Positions 30,545 to 44,900 of a stretch of 64,000 bases of DNA are shown one piece after another. This DNA comes from the human T2T-CHM13v2.0 reference genome, Homo sapiens, in contig CP068257.2 in assembly GCA_009914755.4 (NCBI GenBank), forward strand, positions 5,952,001 through 6,016,000, in the 5' to 3' direction. The first letter of the stretch is position 1. Each line of letters begins with the position of its first letter. Below the pieces are notes generated by a model, which worked only from the letters and a program-made list of their open reading frames with translations, had not been told where the DNA came from and ran no database searches. The position numbers and the translations under genes are program-made.

Positions 30545-31780
30545 TAATTGCATTCCTTTCGTGTCCATTCCATTGGAGACCATTCCATTCGAGTCCTTTC
30601 CATTCCACACCATTCAAGTCCATTCCATTCCTTTCCATTTGGGACCTTTGTATTTCAGTTTATTCCATTTGTGTCCATTTGATTCGATTCCATTCCATTG
30701 GATTCCATTCCATTCGACTCCCTTCCATTCGATTCCATTCCGTTATATTCCATTCCTTTTGGTTCCATTCCATTCGAATCCATTCCATTCAAGTCCATTC
30801 CATTCCAGTCCATTGCATTTGAATCCAATATATTCCATTCCAGACCATTCGATTCCATTCCATTTCATTCCATTTGAATCCTTTCCGTTCTATTCCATTC
30901 AATTCGAATACATTTCATTCCAGTCCGTTCGATTCTAGTCCATTCCTTTCAAGTCCATTCCTTTCAATTTTATTCTATTCCCTTCCATTCGATTCCACTC
31001 CTTGCGATTGCATTCCTTTCTAGTCCATTTCACTGGAGACCATTCCATTCAAGTCCATTGCATTCCATACCATTCGAGTCCATTCCATTCTTAACCATTC
31101 CATTCGAGTCCATTCCATTTGAATCCATTCCATTCATGTCCGTTTCATTCCAGTCCATTCCATTCGATTTCATTCCCTTCGACACCTTTCCATTTCAGTT
31201 CATTCCATTAATGTCCTTTTGATTTGATTCCATTCCATTAGATTCCATTCCTTTCGATTCCGTTCCATTGCAGTCCATTACATTCAAGTCCATTGAACTC
31301 CAGTCCATTATATTCGAGTCCATTCTATACCATTGCAGACCATTCCGTTCAACTTTATTCTATTCCATTCCATTCGATTCCACTCCTTTCGATTGTATTC
31401 CATTCTACTCCATTCCATTGGAGACCATTCCTTTCGAGTCCATTGCATTCCATACCATTCGAGTCCATTCCATTCTTAACCATTCCATTCTAGTCCATTC
31501 CATTCGAATGCATTCCATTCATGTCCATTCCATTCCATTCCATTCCATTCCATTCCATTCCATTCCATTCCCTTCAAGACCTTTCCGTTTCAGTTCATTC
31601 CATTATTGTCCATTCGATTCGATTCCATTCCATTAGATTCCATTCCTTTCGATTCCATTCCATTCCAGTCCATTACATTGAAGTCCATTCCGCTTCAGTC
31701 TATTACATTCAAATCCATTCTATACCATTGCAGACCATTCGATTTCATTCGATTTCATTCCATTCAAATCCGTTCCATTC
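30545..31780. repeat. Local ~390-460 bp higher-order repeat (3 or more copies) in domain 2
   Basis: '(c)attggagaccattcc(a/t)ttcgagtcc...cataccattcgagtccattccattcttaaccattcc' and '...tttccgtttcagttcattccatta(a/t)tgtcc' recur with starts near 30,545, 31,005 and 31,385. Confidence 0.7.
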
Positions 31781-34700
31781 ATTTCCATTCAATTCGATTC
31801 CATTCTGTTCAAGACCGTTCCATTCTATTCCATTACTTTCAATTCCATTCCATTCCATTCCATTTTATTCGATTCCATTCCATTCGATTGCATTCTTTTC
31901 GATTGCATTAAATTCGAGTCTATTCTTTGGAGACCTTTCCATTCGAGTCCATTGCATTCCAGACCATTCAGGTCCATTCCATTAGAATCCATTCCATTCG
32001 AATTCATTCCATTTGAATCCATTCCGTTTCTGTCCATTCCATTCCAGTCCACTCCATTCGATTCCTTTGCATTCCATTCCGTTTCATTCCATTCCATTCC
32101 ATTCCGTTCCATTCCATTCCATTCCATTCCATTCGAGACCGTTCCATGCCTGTCCATTCCATTCGAGTCCATTCCACTCCAGTCTATTCCATTCAATTCC
32201 ATTCTATTCGATTCCATTACAATCAATTCCATTTTCTTTTATTGCTTTCCATTCGAGACCTTTCCTGTATAGTCCTTTCCATTCGAGTCCATTCCATTCC
32301 ATTCCATTCCATTCCATTCCTTTCCATTCCATTCCATACTATTCCTTTCGATTGCATTCCTTTTGAATGCATTCCATTCGAGTCCATTCCATTCCAGTCC
32401 ATTCCATTCGAGTCCATTCCATTGGAGTCCATTAACTTCCAATCCTTTCAATTCCATTCCACTCCATTCGAGTCCATTCCATTTGATTCCTTTCCATTCG
32501 TGACCATTCCATTCCAGTCCATTCCTTTCGAGTCCACTGCATTCCATTCCATTCCATTCTATTCCATTCCATTCCATTCCATTTCATTCCATTACATTAC
32601 ATTCCATTGGAGTTCATTCCAATGGTGTCCACGACATTTGAGTCCGTTCCATTCCATTCTGTTCCATTGCCTTCCATTCCATTCTATTTGATTCCATTTG
32701 AATCCATTCCATTCGAGTATATTCCATTGGAATACATTCCATTCGAATCCATTACATTCCAGTCCATTACATTCAAGTCCATTCCATACCTTTCCATTCA
32801 ATTGTATTCCCTTCGTATCCATTGCATTCGAATCCATTCCATTCGAGTCTAATCTATTCCAGCCCATTACATTCGAGTCCAATCCATTCCATTCCAATTT
32901 ATTCCTTTCCATTTCAGTCCATTCCATTCGAATCACTTCCATTCCACTCCATTCCATACCATTCCATTCCATTCCTTTCCATTCTATTAGATTCTATTCC
33001 ATTTGATTCCATTCCATTCAATTCCATTCCATGCCATTCCATTCGATTCCATTCCATTCCATTTCATTCCTATCCATTCCATTCGAATCCATTCTTCTCC
33101 ATTCCATTCCATTCCATTCCATTCATTTCCATTCCAATCAATACTGTTCCATTACAACCTATTCAATTCATGTCCATTCTATTCGATTCCAATCCATTTG
33201 ATTCCATTCCATTTGATGCCATTCCACTCAAGTCCATTCCACTCCAGTCCATTACTTTCCAGTTCATTCAAGTTCATTCGAGTCCATTCCATTCCATTCA
33301 ATTCCATTCGATTGCATTCCAATCCTTTCGAATCCAATCCATTCCGTTCCATTCCATATGATTCCACTCAATTCCAGTCCATTCCATTCGAATCCTTTCC
33401 AGTACACTGCATTAAATTTCTTTCCATTCAATTAAATTCCATTTTGTTCAGTCCATTACATTCCATTCCGTTGCATTCCACCCCATTCGATTCCATTCTA
33501 TTCCATTCGAGTCCAATCCATTCAATTCCATTCCATTTCATGTCCTTCCATTCCATTCCATTGCATGCTGTTCCATTCCATTCCATTCTTTTTCATTCGA
33601 TTCCATTTCATTCGAATCCATTGCACTCCATTCCGTTCCATTTGTTTCCAATCCATTCCATTCCAATCCCATTCCATTCCATTCCATTCCATTCCATTCC
33701 ATTCCATTTCTTTCAATTCCATTCCATTTGATTGCATTCGATTCGAATTCATTCCATTGGTGTCCATTCCATTCTATTCCATGCCATTTCATTCCATTCC
33801 ATTCCATGCCATTCCATTCCATTAGATTCCATTGCATTCCATTCCATTCTATTCTTTTTGAGACCTTTCCTTTCCAGTCCATTCCAAATGAGTCCATTGC
33901 AATCCAGTCCATTCCATTCGATTCCAATCCTTTTGATTCCATTCAGTTTGATTGCATTAGATTGTAGTCCATTCCAATGCAGTCCATTACATTAGAGCCC
34001 ATTCCATTCCATTCTATTCCATTCCATTCCCTTCCATTCCTTTCCATTCCAGTCCGTTCCTTTCCACTCAAATCGTTTCTAGTCCGTTTTAGTCCATTTC
34101 ATTTAATTACATTCCATTAAATTGCATTCAAGTTCATTCTGTTGCATTCTTTTCCACCCCTTTCCATTCCAGTTGAGTCAATTCCATTCCCGTCCATTTA
34201 ATTCGAGTCCATTCCATTCCAGTCCGTTACATTTGATTCCATTCCAATACATTCCATTCCATTCCATTCCTGTCCATTCCATTCGAATCAATTCCGTTGC
34301 ATTCCATTCCATTACATTCATTTCCATTTGTTTTCATTCCATTCCATTCCATTCCTTTCCATTCCATTAAATTTTATTCCATTTTGTTACATTCCATTCA
34401 ATGCCATTTCGTTCGATTCGATTCCATTCAATTCCATTCCATTGCATTCCATTCCATTAGATTCCATTCCATTCCATTCCATTAGTTTCCATTGCATTCC
34501 ATTCCATTCCATTCCATGCTATTCCATTCCGTTAGATTCCATTCCATTCCATTCCATTCGAGTCCATTCCATTCCATGCCATTCCATTCCATTAGTGCCA
34601 ATTCCATTCCATTCCATTCTATTCAATTAAATTCCATTCTATTCCTTTCCATTCCATTTGTTTCCAGTCCATTCCATTGCATTCCATTTCATTCCATTCC

Positions 34701-37700
34701 ATTCATTCCCTTTCGATTCCATTCCATAGTTTCCATTGTATTCTACTCCATTTGTTTACATTCCAGTTGATTCGATTCCATTTCATTCCATTCCATTATT
34801 TTCCATTTGAGACCATTCCATTCGAGTCCATTCTTTTCGAGTCCATTACATTCCCGTCCATTTAATTTGATTCCTTTCCATTTGATTGCATTCCTTTGGA
34901 GTCCATTCCAATGGAGTCCATTACATTCGAGTTCATTCCATTCGAGTCAATTTCATTCCATTTTATTCCATTTCATTCCATTCCATTGCATTTTATTTCA
35001 TTCACTCCCATTCTTTTCCGTTTGTGTCCATTCCATTCCATTCCATTCCATTCAAATCCATTGCATTTCATTCCTTTCCCTTATAGCCCTGTCCATTCCA
35101 TTCCATTGCATTCGAGTCCATTCCATACACTTTCACTCAATTCCAGTCCTTTCCTTTCGAAACCTTTCCAGTCCATTGCATTCCATTGCATTCCATTCCA
35201 TTCCATTTTGTTCGATTCCATTCCTTTCCAGTCCTTTCCATTCGAATCAATTCCATTCCATTAGGTTATATTCCATTCGATTCCATTCCATTAGATTCCA
35301 TTCCAAGCCATTACTTTCCATTTGGTTCCATTCCATTCCATTCCATTCCTTTCCATTCCATTTGATTCCATTCCATTCCATTTCTTTCCACTACAATCCA
35401 TTCCATTCTATTCCATTCCTTTTGAGACTATTCCATTCCAATGCATTCCATTCAAGTCCATTCCATTCGATTCCATTCTATTTGATTACATTCCTTTCGA
35501 TTATATTGCATTCCATACCATTCTATTCGAGACCGTTCCATTCCGTTCATTCCATTCATGTCTTTTCGATTCTATTCCATTGCATTTGATTCTATTCCAT
35601 TCCATTCCATTCCATTCAATTCCATTCCATTGCATTCCATTTCAGTCCATTCCATTTGAGTCCATTCCATTCGAGTCCATTGCATTCCAGACCATTCGCT
35701 TCCATTCCATTGAAATCCATTCCATTCGAGTCCATTCCATTTGAGTCCATTCCACTCCACTCCATTCCGTTCTAGTCCGTTCCACTCGATTCCATTCCAT
35801 TCGATTCTATTCCTTTCCATTCCATTCGACTCCACTTGATTCCACTCCATACCCTTCCATTTTATTTGATTCCATTCCATTTGATTCCGGTCCATTCGTC
35901 TTCATTCCATTGGAGTCCATTCCATTCGAGTCTTTTCAATTCCAGACCATTGCTTTCAATTCCCTTACATTCGTTTCCTTTCATTTCATTGCATTCCGTT
36001 AGATTCCATTCCATTCTATTCCATTCCATCCATTCCATTCGAGACTGTTCCATTCCAGTCCATTCCATTCGAGTCCATTCCATTCCATTGCAGTGCTTTC
36101 AAATCCATTCCATTCCATCACATTCCTTTCCTTTGCATTCCATTCGATTCTTTCCTATTAGATTCCATTCCGTTTGATTCCATTCTATGCCATGCCATTC
36201 CATGCCATTCTATTACGTTCTATTTGATTCCCTTTGAGTCCATTTCATTCAAGTCTATTCCATTCCATTCCATTCCATTCTATTACATTATATTCCATTT
36301 CATTCAGTTCAATTCGATTCCATTCCATTTCTTTACGTTACATTATATACCAATATATGCTATTCCATTCGTTTCCTTTTCATTTACTTTGATTCGATTC
36401 CATTGCAATCCATTTCACTCCATTCAATTCCATTCCATTTGAGTCCATTCCATTCGAATCTATTACATTCCAGTTCATTCCAATCCACTACATTGCATTC
36501 AATTCCATTGCATTCAATTCCATTCCATTGGATTTCATTCCATACTATTACATTCCATTCGATTCCATTGCACTCGAGTCCCTTCCATTCCAGTCCATTA
36601 TATTCGAGTCCATTCCATTCAATTTTATTCCATTCGAGTCTTTCCGTTCCATTCCATTCCTTTCCATTCCGTTCCATTCGAGACAGTTACTTTCGGATCC
36701 ATTGAATTCAAGTCCATTCCATTCGATTGCATTCTATTAGACTCCATTCCTTTTGATTTTGATCCATTCAAGTCCGTTCCATTCCATTCCATTCAATTCC
36801 ATTCCATTCGCGACTGTTCCCTTCTTGTCCATTCTTTTCGAGTCCATTCCATTCCAGTTTTTTCGATTCCATTCCATTCGATTCCATTCCTTTCGATTGC
36901 GTTGAATTTGAGTCCATTCCATTGGAGAAAATTCTATTCGAGCCCATTGCATTAGAGATCATTCGAGTCCATTCCTTTTGAATCCATTCCATTCGAGTCT
37001 ATTCCATTCGAATCCATTCCATTCCAGTACGTTCCATTCCAGTCCATTTCATTCGATTCCATTCCTTTCCATTGTATTCCATTCCATTCAATTCCATTCC
37101 ATGCCATTCCATTCCATTCGAGGCTGTTCCATTCCAGTCCACTCCATTCGATTCCAGTCCATTCCATTCCATTCCATTCCATTTGATTCCATTCTATTGA
37201 ATTCAATTCCGTTCGAAACCATTCTATTCCAGTTCATTCCTTTTGTGTCTAATCAGTTCTACTGCATTCCATTAGATTCCATTCCATTCGAGTCCATTCC
37301 TTTCGATTGAATTCCATTTGCGTCCCTTCCGTTGGAGACCATTCGATTCGAGTCCATTCCATTACATACCATTCACGTCCATTCTGATCGAATTCATTCC
37401 ATTCGAGTCCGTTGCATTTGTGCACATTCCATTCCAGTCCATTCCGTTCCGGTCCATTCCATTCTATTCCATTCCCTTCCATTCCATTCTACTCTATTCC
37501 ATTCGACTCCATTCAGTTCCATTCCATTCTATTCCATTCCATTTCATTCCATTCCATTCGACTCCATTATATTCCAGTCCATTCCACTCCCTTCCAATCC
37601 ATTCCATTGTATTTCATTCCATTCTATTACATTCCATTCGATTCCATTGCACTCGAGTGCATTTCATTCGATTCCATTCCATTCGAGTCCATTCCTTTCC

Positions 37701-39399
37701 ATTCAATTCCGTTCCATTTTGTTCGATTCTGTTACATGCTATTCCATTCCATTCAAGTCCATTCCATTCCATTCAAATCCATTCCATTCCATTCCATTCC
37801 ATTCCATTCCATTCCATTCCATTCCATTCTTTTCCATTCGACTCCATTCAATTAGACTCCATTGCAAGCAATTCCATTGCAAGCAATTCCATTCCATTCC
37901 ATTCCATTCCATTCCATTCCTATTCTTTCCATTCCACTCCATTCAAATCCATTCCATTCCATTCAATTCCACTCCATTCTATTCCATTCGAGTCCATTCC
38001 ATTCCTTTCCATTCTATTCTCTTCTTTTCCATTCATTTGAGTTTATTCGCTTCAAGTCCATTCCATTCCATTCTATTCCATTGTATTCCCTTCTATTGCA
38101 TTCCATTTGATTCAATTTGATTCGATTCCATTCCATTCGTATCCACTCCATACAATTCCCTTCCATTCGAGCCCGTTGCATTCAACTCCATTATTTTCTA
38201 GTCCATTCCAATCCATTTCAATCCATTCCATTCCAATAAATACCATTGCATTTCATTCTGTTCCATTACATTCCATTCAATTCCTTTGCAGTCGAGTGTA
38301 TTCCATTCGAGTCCATTCCATTCAAGTCAATTACATTCAAGTACATTGAATTCAAGTTCTTTCCATTCCATTCCATTCCATTTGATTCCATTGATTGCAT
38401 TCCTTTGGAATCTATTCCAATGGAGTCCATTAAATTTTAGTCCATTCCTTTCCATTCTATTACATTCCAGTCCATTACATTCAAGTCCATTCTATTGCAT
38501 TCCATTCCACTCCTTTCCATTCCATTCGAGTCCATTCTTTTTGAGTCCATTCCATTCCATTCCAGTACTTTACAATCAAGTGAATTCCATTCCATTCCAT
38601 TCCATTCTATTTCATTCCATTCCATTCCATTCATTTCCATTCCATTCCATTCCATTGGTTTCTATTCCATTTGCTTCCAATCCATTCATTTCCTTTCCTT
38701 TCAATTCCATTCCATTCCATTCCACTCCTTTCCATTCCACTCGATTCCATTCCATTATATTCCTTTCCATGCAATTCCATTCCCTTTGAGACCGTTCCAT
38801 TACAATCCATTCAATTTGAGTCCATTCTATTTGATTACATTCCATTTTATTCCATTCTATTCGAATATATTGCATTCGAGTCCATTCCTTTTCTGTCCAT
38901 TACTTTCCAGTCTATTCCGTTCCATTCCAGTCCATTCTTTTCCATTCGACTCCATTTGATTGCATTCCATTCCATTCCATTCTATTCTATTCCATTCGAG
39001 ACCATTCCATTTCAATTTATTCAATTTATACCATTCTATTAGACTCCATTCCATTCCATTCCATGCAGTTCCATTCTGTTTGATTCCTTGCCATGCCATT
39101 CCATTCCATTCCATTCCATTCCTTTATATTCCATTCCATTGCCGTCCATTCTAGTACATTCCATTCAATTCCATTCCATGAGATGCCATTCCATTCCACT
39201 TGTGTCCATTCCATTCCATTCCATTTCATTCCATTTCATTTCTTTCCATTCAACTCGAATCCATTGCATTCCATTCAATTCCATTCCATTCGTTTCCATT
39301 CCATTGCATTCCATTTTATGCCATTTCATTCTGTTCCTTTTCATTCCATTCCACATTAGACCTTTCCATTCCAGTTCTTTTCCTTCGTGTTCATTTGAT

Positions 39400-41960
39400 T
39401 CGATTCCATTCCATTTGATTCCATTCCATCCGATTCTATTGCATTCAAATCCATTCCATTCGAGTCCATTACATTCGAGTCCATTACATTCAAGTCGATT
39501 CTATTCAATTCCAGATCATCCGATTCCATTCCATTTCACTCCTTTAGAATCCATTCCATTCAATTCCATTCACTTTGATTCCATTCCATTGGAGACCGTT
39601 CCATTCTAGTAAATTCCCTTCAAGTCCATTCAATTCCACTTTATTTGATTCAATTCCATTCGATCCCATTCCTTTCGATTGCATTCCATTCGAGTCCATT
39701 CCATTGCAGACCATTCCATTTGCGTCCATTCCATTCCACACTGCTCGAGTCCATTCCATTCCATCTCATTCCTTTGTCTTCCATTCCATTCTCTTACATT
39801 CCTTTCCTTTCCTTTCCATTGCATTCTTTCTATTGCATTTTTTTAGAGTGTATTCAATTCGAGTCCATTCCATTCCACTCCATTCGATTTCATTCCATTC
39901 GATTCCATTCCATTCAATTGCATTCCTATTGATTCCATTCTGTTGGAGACCATTCGAGTCCATTCTATTCAAATCCATTCCATTCCATTCCATTCCATTC
40001 CATTCCATTCCATTCTATTCCATTGCATTCCATTTCTTTCCATTCCTTTCTGTACTGTTCCATTCCAGTCCAATCCGTTCGAGTCCATTCCATTCCAGTC
40101 CCTTCCATTCGATTGCATTCCATTTGATTGCATTCCATTCCAGTCCATTCCAATGGAGTCCATTCCATTCGAGACCATTTCATTCGATTCCATTCCATTC
40201 CAGTCCATTCTAATATGGTCCATTCCATTCGAGTCCATTTCATTCGAGTCCATTCCATTCCAGTCCATTACATTCGATTCCATTCCATTCCTTTCTATTC
40301 CATTCCATTCTTTACATTCCATTCCATTACATTACATTTGTTTCCATTCCATTCCATTCTATTCCCTGCCATTCTTTCCATTCCATTCCATTCGAGTCCA
40401 TTCCATTCAAGACCTTTACATTCCAGTCCGTTCCATTTGCATCCCTTCGATTGTAATGCATTCCATTCGATTCCATTCCATTCAAGACCATTCCATTCCA
40501 GTCCATTCCATTTGTGTCCCTTCCATTCCATTGCTTTTGATTCAATTCCATTACATTTGATTCTGTTCCATTCAATTCCATTCCATTCAATTGGAATCCA
40601 TTTGCTTCCAATCCAAAGGAGTCCATTTCATTCGAGTACATGATTACATTCCATTTGATTCCATTCCATTCGATATGTTTCCTTTCAATTGCATTCCATT
40701 TGACTCCATTCCAATGGAATCCATTCCATTCGAGTCCGTTCCATTCAAGTCCATTACATTCAAGTCGATTCTACTCAATTCCAGGTCATTTGATTCCATT
40801 CCATTTTACTCCTTTCAAATCCATTCCATTCAATTCCATTCACTTTGATTCCATTCCATTCGAGACTGTTCCATTATAATCCATTCCTTTCAAATCCATT
40901 CCTTTCAATTCCATTCAATTCCACTTTATTTGATTCAATTCCATTTGATACCATTCCTTTAGGTTGCATTCCATTCGAGTCCATTCCATTGCAGACCATT
41001 CCATTTGCATCCATTCCATTCCACACCTCTCGAGTCCATTCCATTCCAACTCATTCTATTGCATTGCAGAACATTCTGTTCCATTCCTTTCCATTCCACT
41101 CCATTATTTCTATTGCATTCCTTTAGAGTGCATTCAATTAGAGTACATTCCATTCCACTCCATTCGATTTCATTCCATTGAATTCCTTTCCATTCAATTG
41201 CATTCCATATGAGTCCATTCCATTGGAGACCATTCCTTTCGAGTACATTGCATTGCAGAACATTCGAGTCCATTCCATTCATATCCATTCCATTTGAGTC
41301 CATTCCATTCGAGTCCATTCCACTCGATTCCATTCCATTCCATTCCATACTATTCCATAGCATTCCATTTCATTCCATTCCTTTCTATACCATTCCATTC
41401 CATTCCAATCCATTCGAGTCCATTCCATTCCAGTCCCTTCCATTCGATGACATTCCATTCGATTGCATTCCATTGGAGTCCATTCCAATGGAGTCCATTC
41501 CATTCGAGTCCATTTCATTCGAGTCTATTCCATTCCAGTCCATTACATTCGATTCCATTCCATTCCATTGTATTTCATGCCATTCTTTCCATTCCATTCC
41601 ATTCGAGTCCATTCCATTCAAGACCGTTCCATTCCAGTCCATTCCATTTGATTCCCTGCGATTGTAATGCATTCATTTCGATTCCATTCCTTTCAAGACC
41701 ATTCCATTCCATTCCTTTCCAATTGAGTCCCTTCCATTCCAATGCATTTGATTCGATTCCATTCCATTTGATCCAATTCCATTCAATTCCATTCCATTCA
41801 ATTGGAATCCATTCGAGTGCAATCCAAAGGAGTTCAATTCATTCGAATGCATGATTCCATTCCATTTGATTCCATTGCATTCGATTCCTTTCCTTTCAAT
41901 TGCTTTCCATTCGACTCCATTCCAACGGAATCCATTCCATTCGAGTCCATTACATTCAGG
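39400..41960. repeat. ~1.27-kb higher-order repeat, two adjacent copies
   Basis: Long ordered matches between 39,400-40,680 and 40,680-41,960. They include 'cattcaagtcgattcta(t/c)tcaattccag(a/g)tcat', 'cactttatttgattcaattccatt', 'cattgcagaccattccatttgc(g/a)tccattccattccacac', 'tttagagtg(t/c)attcaatt(c/a)gagt' and 'cattcaattggaatccatt...aatccaaaggagt'. ORF-track peptides 39965..40258(-) and 41279..41518(-) share MEWTRMEWT. Confidence 0.85.
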
Positions 41961-44900
41961 CACATTCCATTCCAGTCCATTACATTTGATTCCATTCCAT
42001 TCCATAGTATTCCATTGCATTCCATTCAAGTCCATACCCTTCGAGTCCATGCCATTACAGTCCATTACATTTGAGTCTATTCCGTTTCATTCCGTTTCAT
42101 TCCGCTCCATTCCATTCGAGTCCTTTCCATTCAAGTCCATTACATTCGAGTCCATTCCCTTCCATTCCATTCCATTCCATTCCATTCCATGTGATTCCAT
42201 TCCATTCCCGTCCATTCTATTTGAATCAATTAATTTCTATTCCATTCCATTCCATTCCATTCCTTGCCATTCCATTTCTTTCCATTCGAGTCTTTTTCAT
42301 TCCATTCCATTGCATTGGAGAAAGTTCCATTCAGATTCATTCAATTAGAGTCCATTCCATTCCATTAGATGCCATTCTATTCGATTGCATTCCATTCGAG
42401 TCCATTCCATTCCATTCCATTCCATTCCATTGCATTCTATTCCATTCCATACGATTCCACTCAATTCTATTCCATTCCATTTGAATCCTTTCCAGTCCAT
42501 TGAATTCCATTCTATTCCATTCCATTTCATTCCATTCCAATCCATTCCATTCCATTCCATTCCATTCCATTCCATTCCATTCCATTCCATTTTGTTCTAT
42601 TCCATTCCTTTCCAGTCCAATATATTCGAATCATTTGCATTCCATTTCATTAGATTCTATTCCGTTCGATTTCATTCCCTGCAGTTCCATTCCAGGCCAT
42701 TGCTTTCCGTTCGATTCCATTCCATTCCATTCCATTTGATTCCATTCCATTCCATTTTATTCCACTCCAATCCATTCCATTCAATTCCATTCGCGACAAT
42801 TCCATTCCAATCCATTCAATTTAAGTACATTCCATTCTATTCCATTCCAGCTGATTCCTTTCCATTTGATTACATTCCTTTCAAGTCAACTCCATTTGAT
42901 TCCATTTCTTTCGATTCCATTCCTTTCTATTCCAATCCATTTGGGTCCACTTTAATCAAGACGATTCCATTCAAGTCCATTCCTTTCTAGTCCATTCCAT
43001 TCGTGTCCAATACATTCCATTCCATTCAATTCCCTTTCATTAGAGTGCATTCGATTTTTTTTCTTTCTGTGGATTCAAATGCATTAGAATGCATTCCATT
43101 CGATTCCGTTCCATTCTACTCCATTCCTTTCTAATCCATTCCATTCCAGTCCATTACATTCCAGTACATTCCATTGGATTCCAGTCCATTCCATTAAGTC
43201 CATTTCATTCCTTTCCAGAGCCTTCCATTCCATTCCATTGTTTTGCATTCCATTCCATTCCATTCTATTCCATTCCATTCCATTCCATTCTATTTGAGAA
43301 CGTTTCATATCAGTTCATTCCATTTGTATCCATTCAATTCTGTTCCATTCAATTCCATTCCATTCGATACCATTCCATTCTAACCCATTCCACTCGATTG
43401 CATTCCATTTGAGCAAATTCCATTGGAGACAATTCCATACGAATCCTTTCAATTCCATACCGTTCACGTCCATTCCTTTCAAATCCATTCCATTCGAGTC
43501 CATTCCATTCGAGTCCATTGAATTCCAGTCCATTCCGTTCCAGTGAATTCCATTCGATTCCATTCCATTCCATTCCAATGCATTAGACTAGATTCGTTTC
43601 CATTCCATACACTTCCATTTCATTCGATTCCATAAAATTCCAGTTCTTTCCACTAGAGTCCATTCCATTCAAGTCTTGAAATTCCAGACAATTGCATTGG
43701 ATTCCCTTCCATTCTATTGCAATCGATTGCATTACATTCCATTAGATTCTATTCCATTCGATTCGATTCCATTCTATTCCCTTCCATTCCATTCCAGTCT
43801 ATTCCATTCGTTTCCATTCCATTCGATTCTATTGCATTCCACTGCAATCGTTTTGAATCCATTCCATTCCATTCCTTTCCATTCCATTTGATTCTTTAAC
43901 ATTCGATTCCATTCCGTTTGATTCCATTGCATGCCATTCCATTCCATTTCATTTGAGTCGATACCATTCAGTTCCTTTGTATTCCGTTCTATTCCATTCC
44001 CTTTGAGTCCATTCCATTCGAGTCCATTCCATTCCATTGCATTTCATTCCATTCCATTTTTTTCGATTCCATTCCATTCTGGTCCATTACGTTCGAATCC
44101 ATTCCATTGCATTCCGTTACATTGTATTCCATTCACTTCCATTCCATTCCATTCCATTCCATTCCATGCCATTCCATTCCAATCGATTCCATTCCATTCC
44201 ATTCCATTCCATTCCATTCCATTCCATTCCATTCCTTTCCATTCCATTCGATTCTATTCTATTCTTTTCCGTTCCACTCCATTCCATTCCATTCAATTCC
44301 ATTCCATTTGATACCATTCCTTTCCGATCCATTCAATCCTAGTTCTTTCCGTTCGATTTTATTCCATATGATTCCATTCCATTCGATTACCTTCCTTTCG
44401 AGTCAATTCCTTTTTATTCCATTCCGTTTGATTTCATTCTGGTCGAGTCCATTCCATTCAGTCAATTACATTCGAGTCCATTCTATTCCATTCAATTACT
44501 TTCCATTCCATTCGAATCCATTCCTTTCAATTCCAATCCATTCGGCTCCACTTCATTCGAGAGGGTTCCATTCCAGTCTATTCCTTTCGAGTCCATTCCA
44601 TTCCAGTCCAGTCCTTCCCATTCCATTCGATTCCCATCCATTTGATTCCATTCCATTCCTTTCCATTACTTGTGATTTCATTCCTTTGGATTCCATTCCT
44701 TTCGATTCCTTTCCATTCAACTCCATTCCATTCGAGCCCATTTCATTCTGTCCTTTACATTCTAGTACATTCCATTCCATTCCAGTCAATTCAGTTGTGT
44801 CAATTTCATTCCATTCCACTCCAATCATTTCCGTTCCTTTCAATTCCATTTGATATCATTCCATTCGATTCCATTCCATTCAAGACCGTTCCATTCCAGT

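Noticed and set aside
43041-43078. Short non-pentameric stretch 'gattttttttctttctgtggattcaaatgcattagaatgc' that might be a foreign insertion
   Set aside because: At under 40 bp it is too short to classify. The flanks continue in the same satellite register. It is most plausibly a local indel or slippage variant of the repeat.
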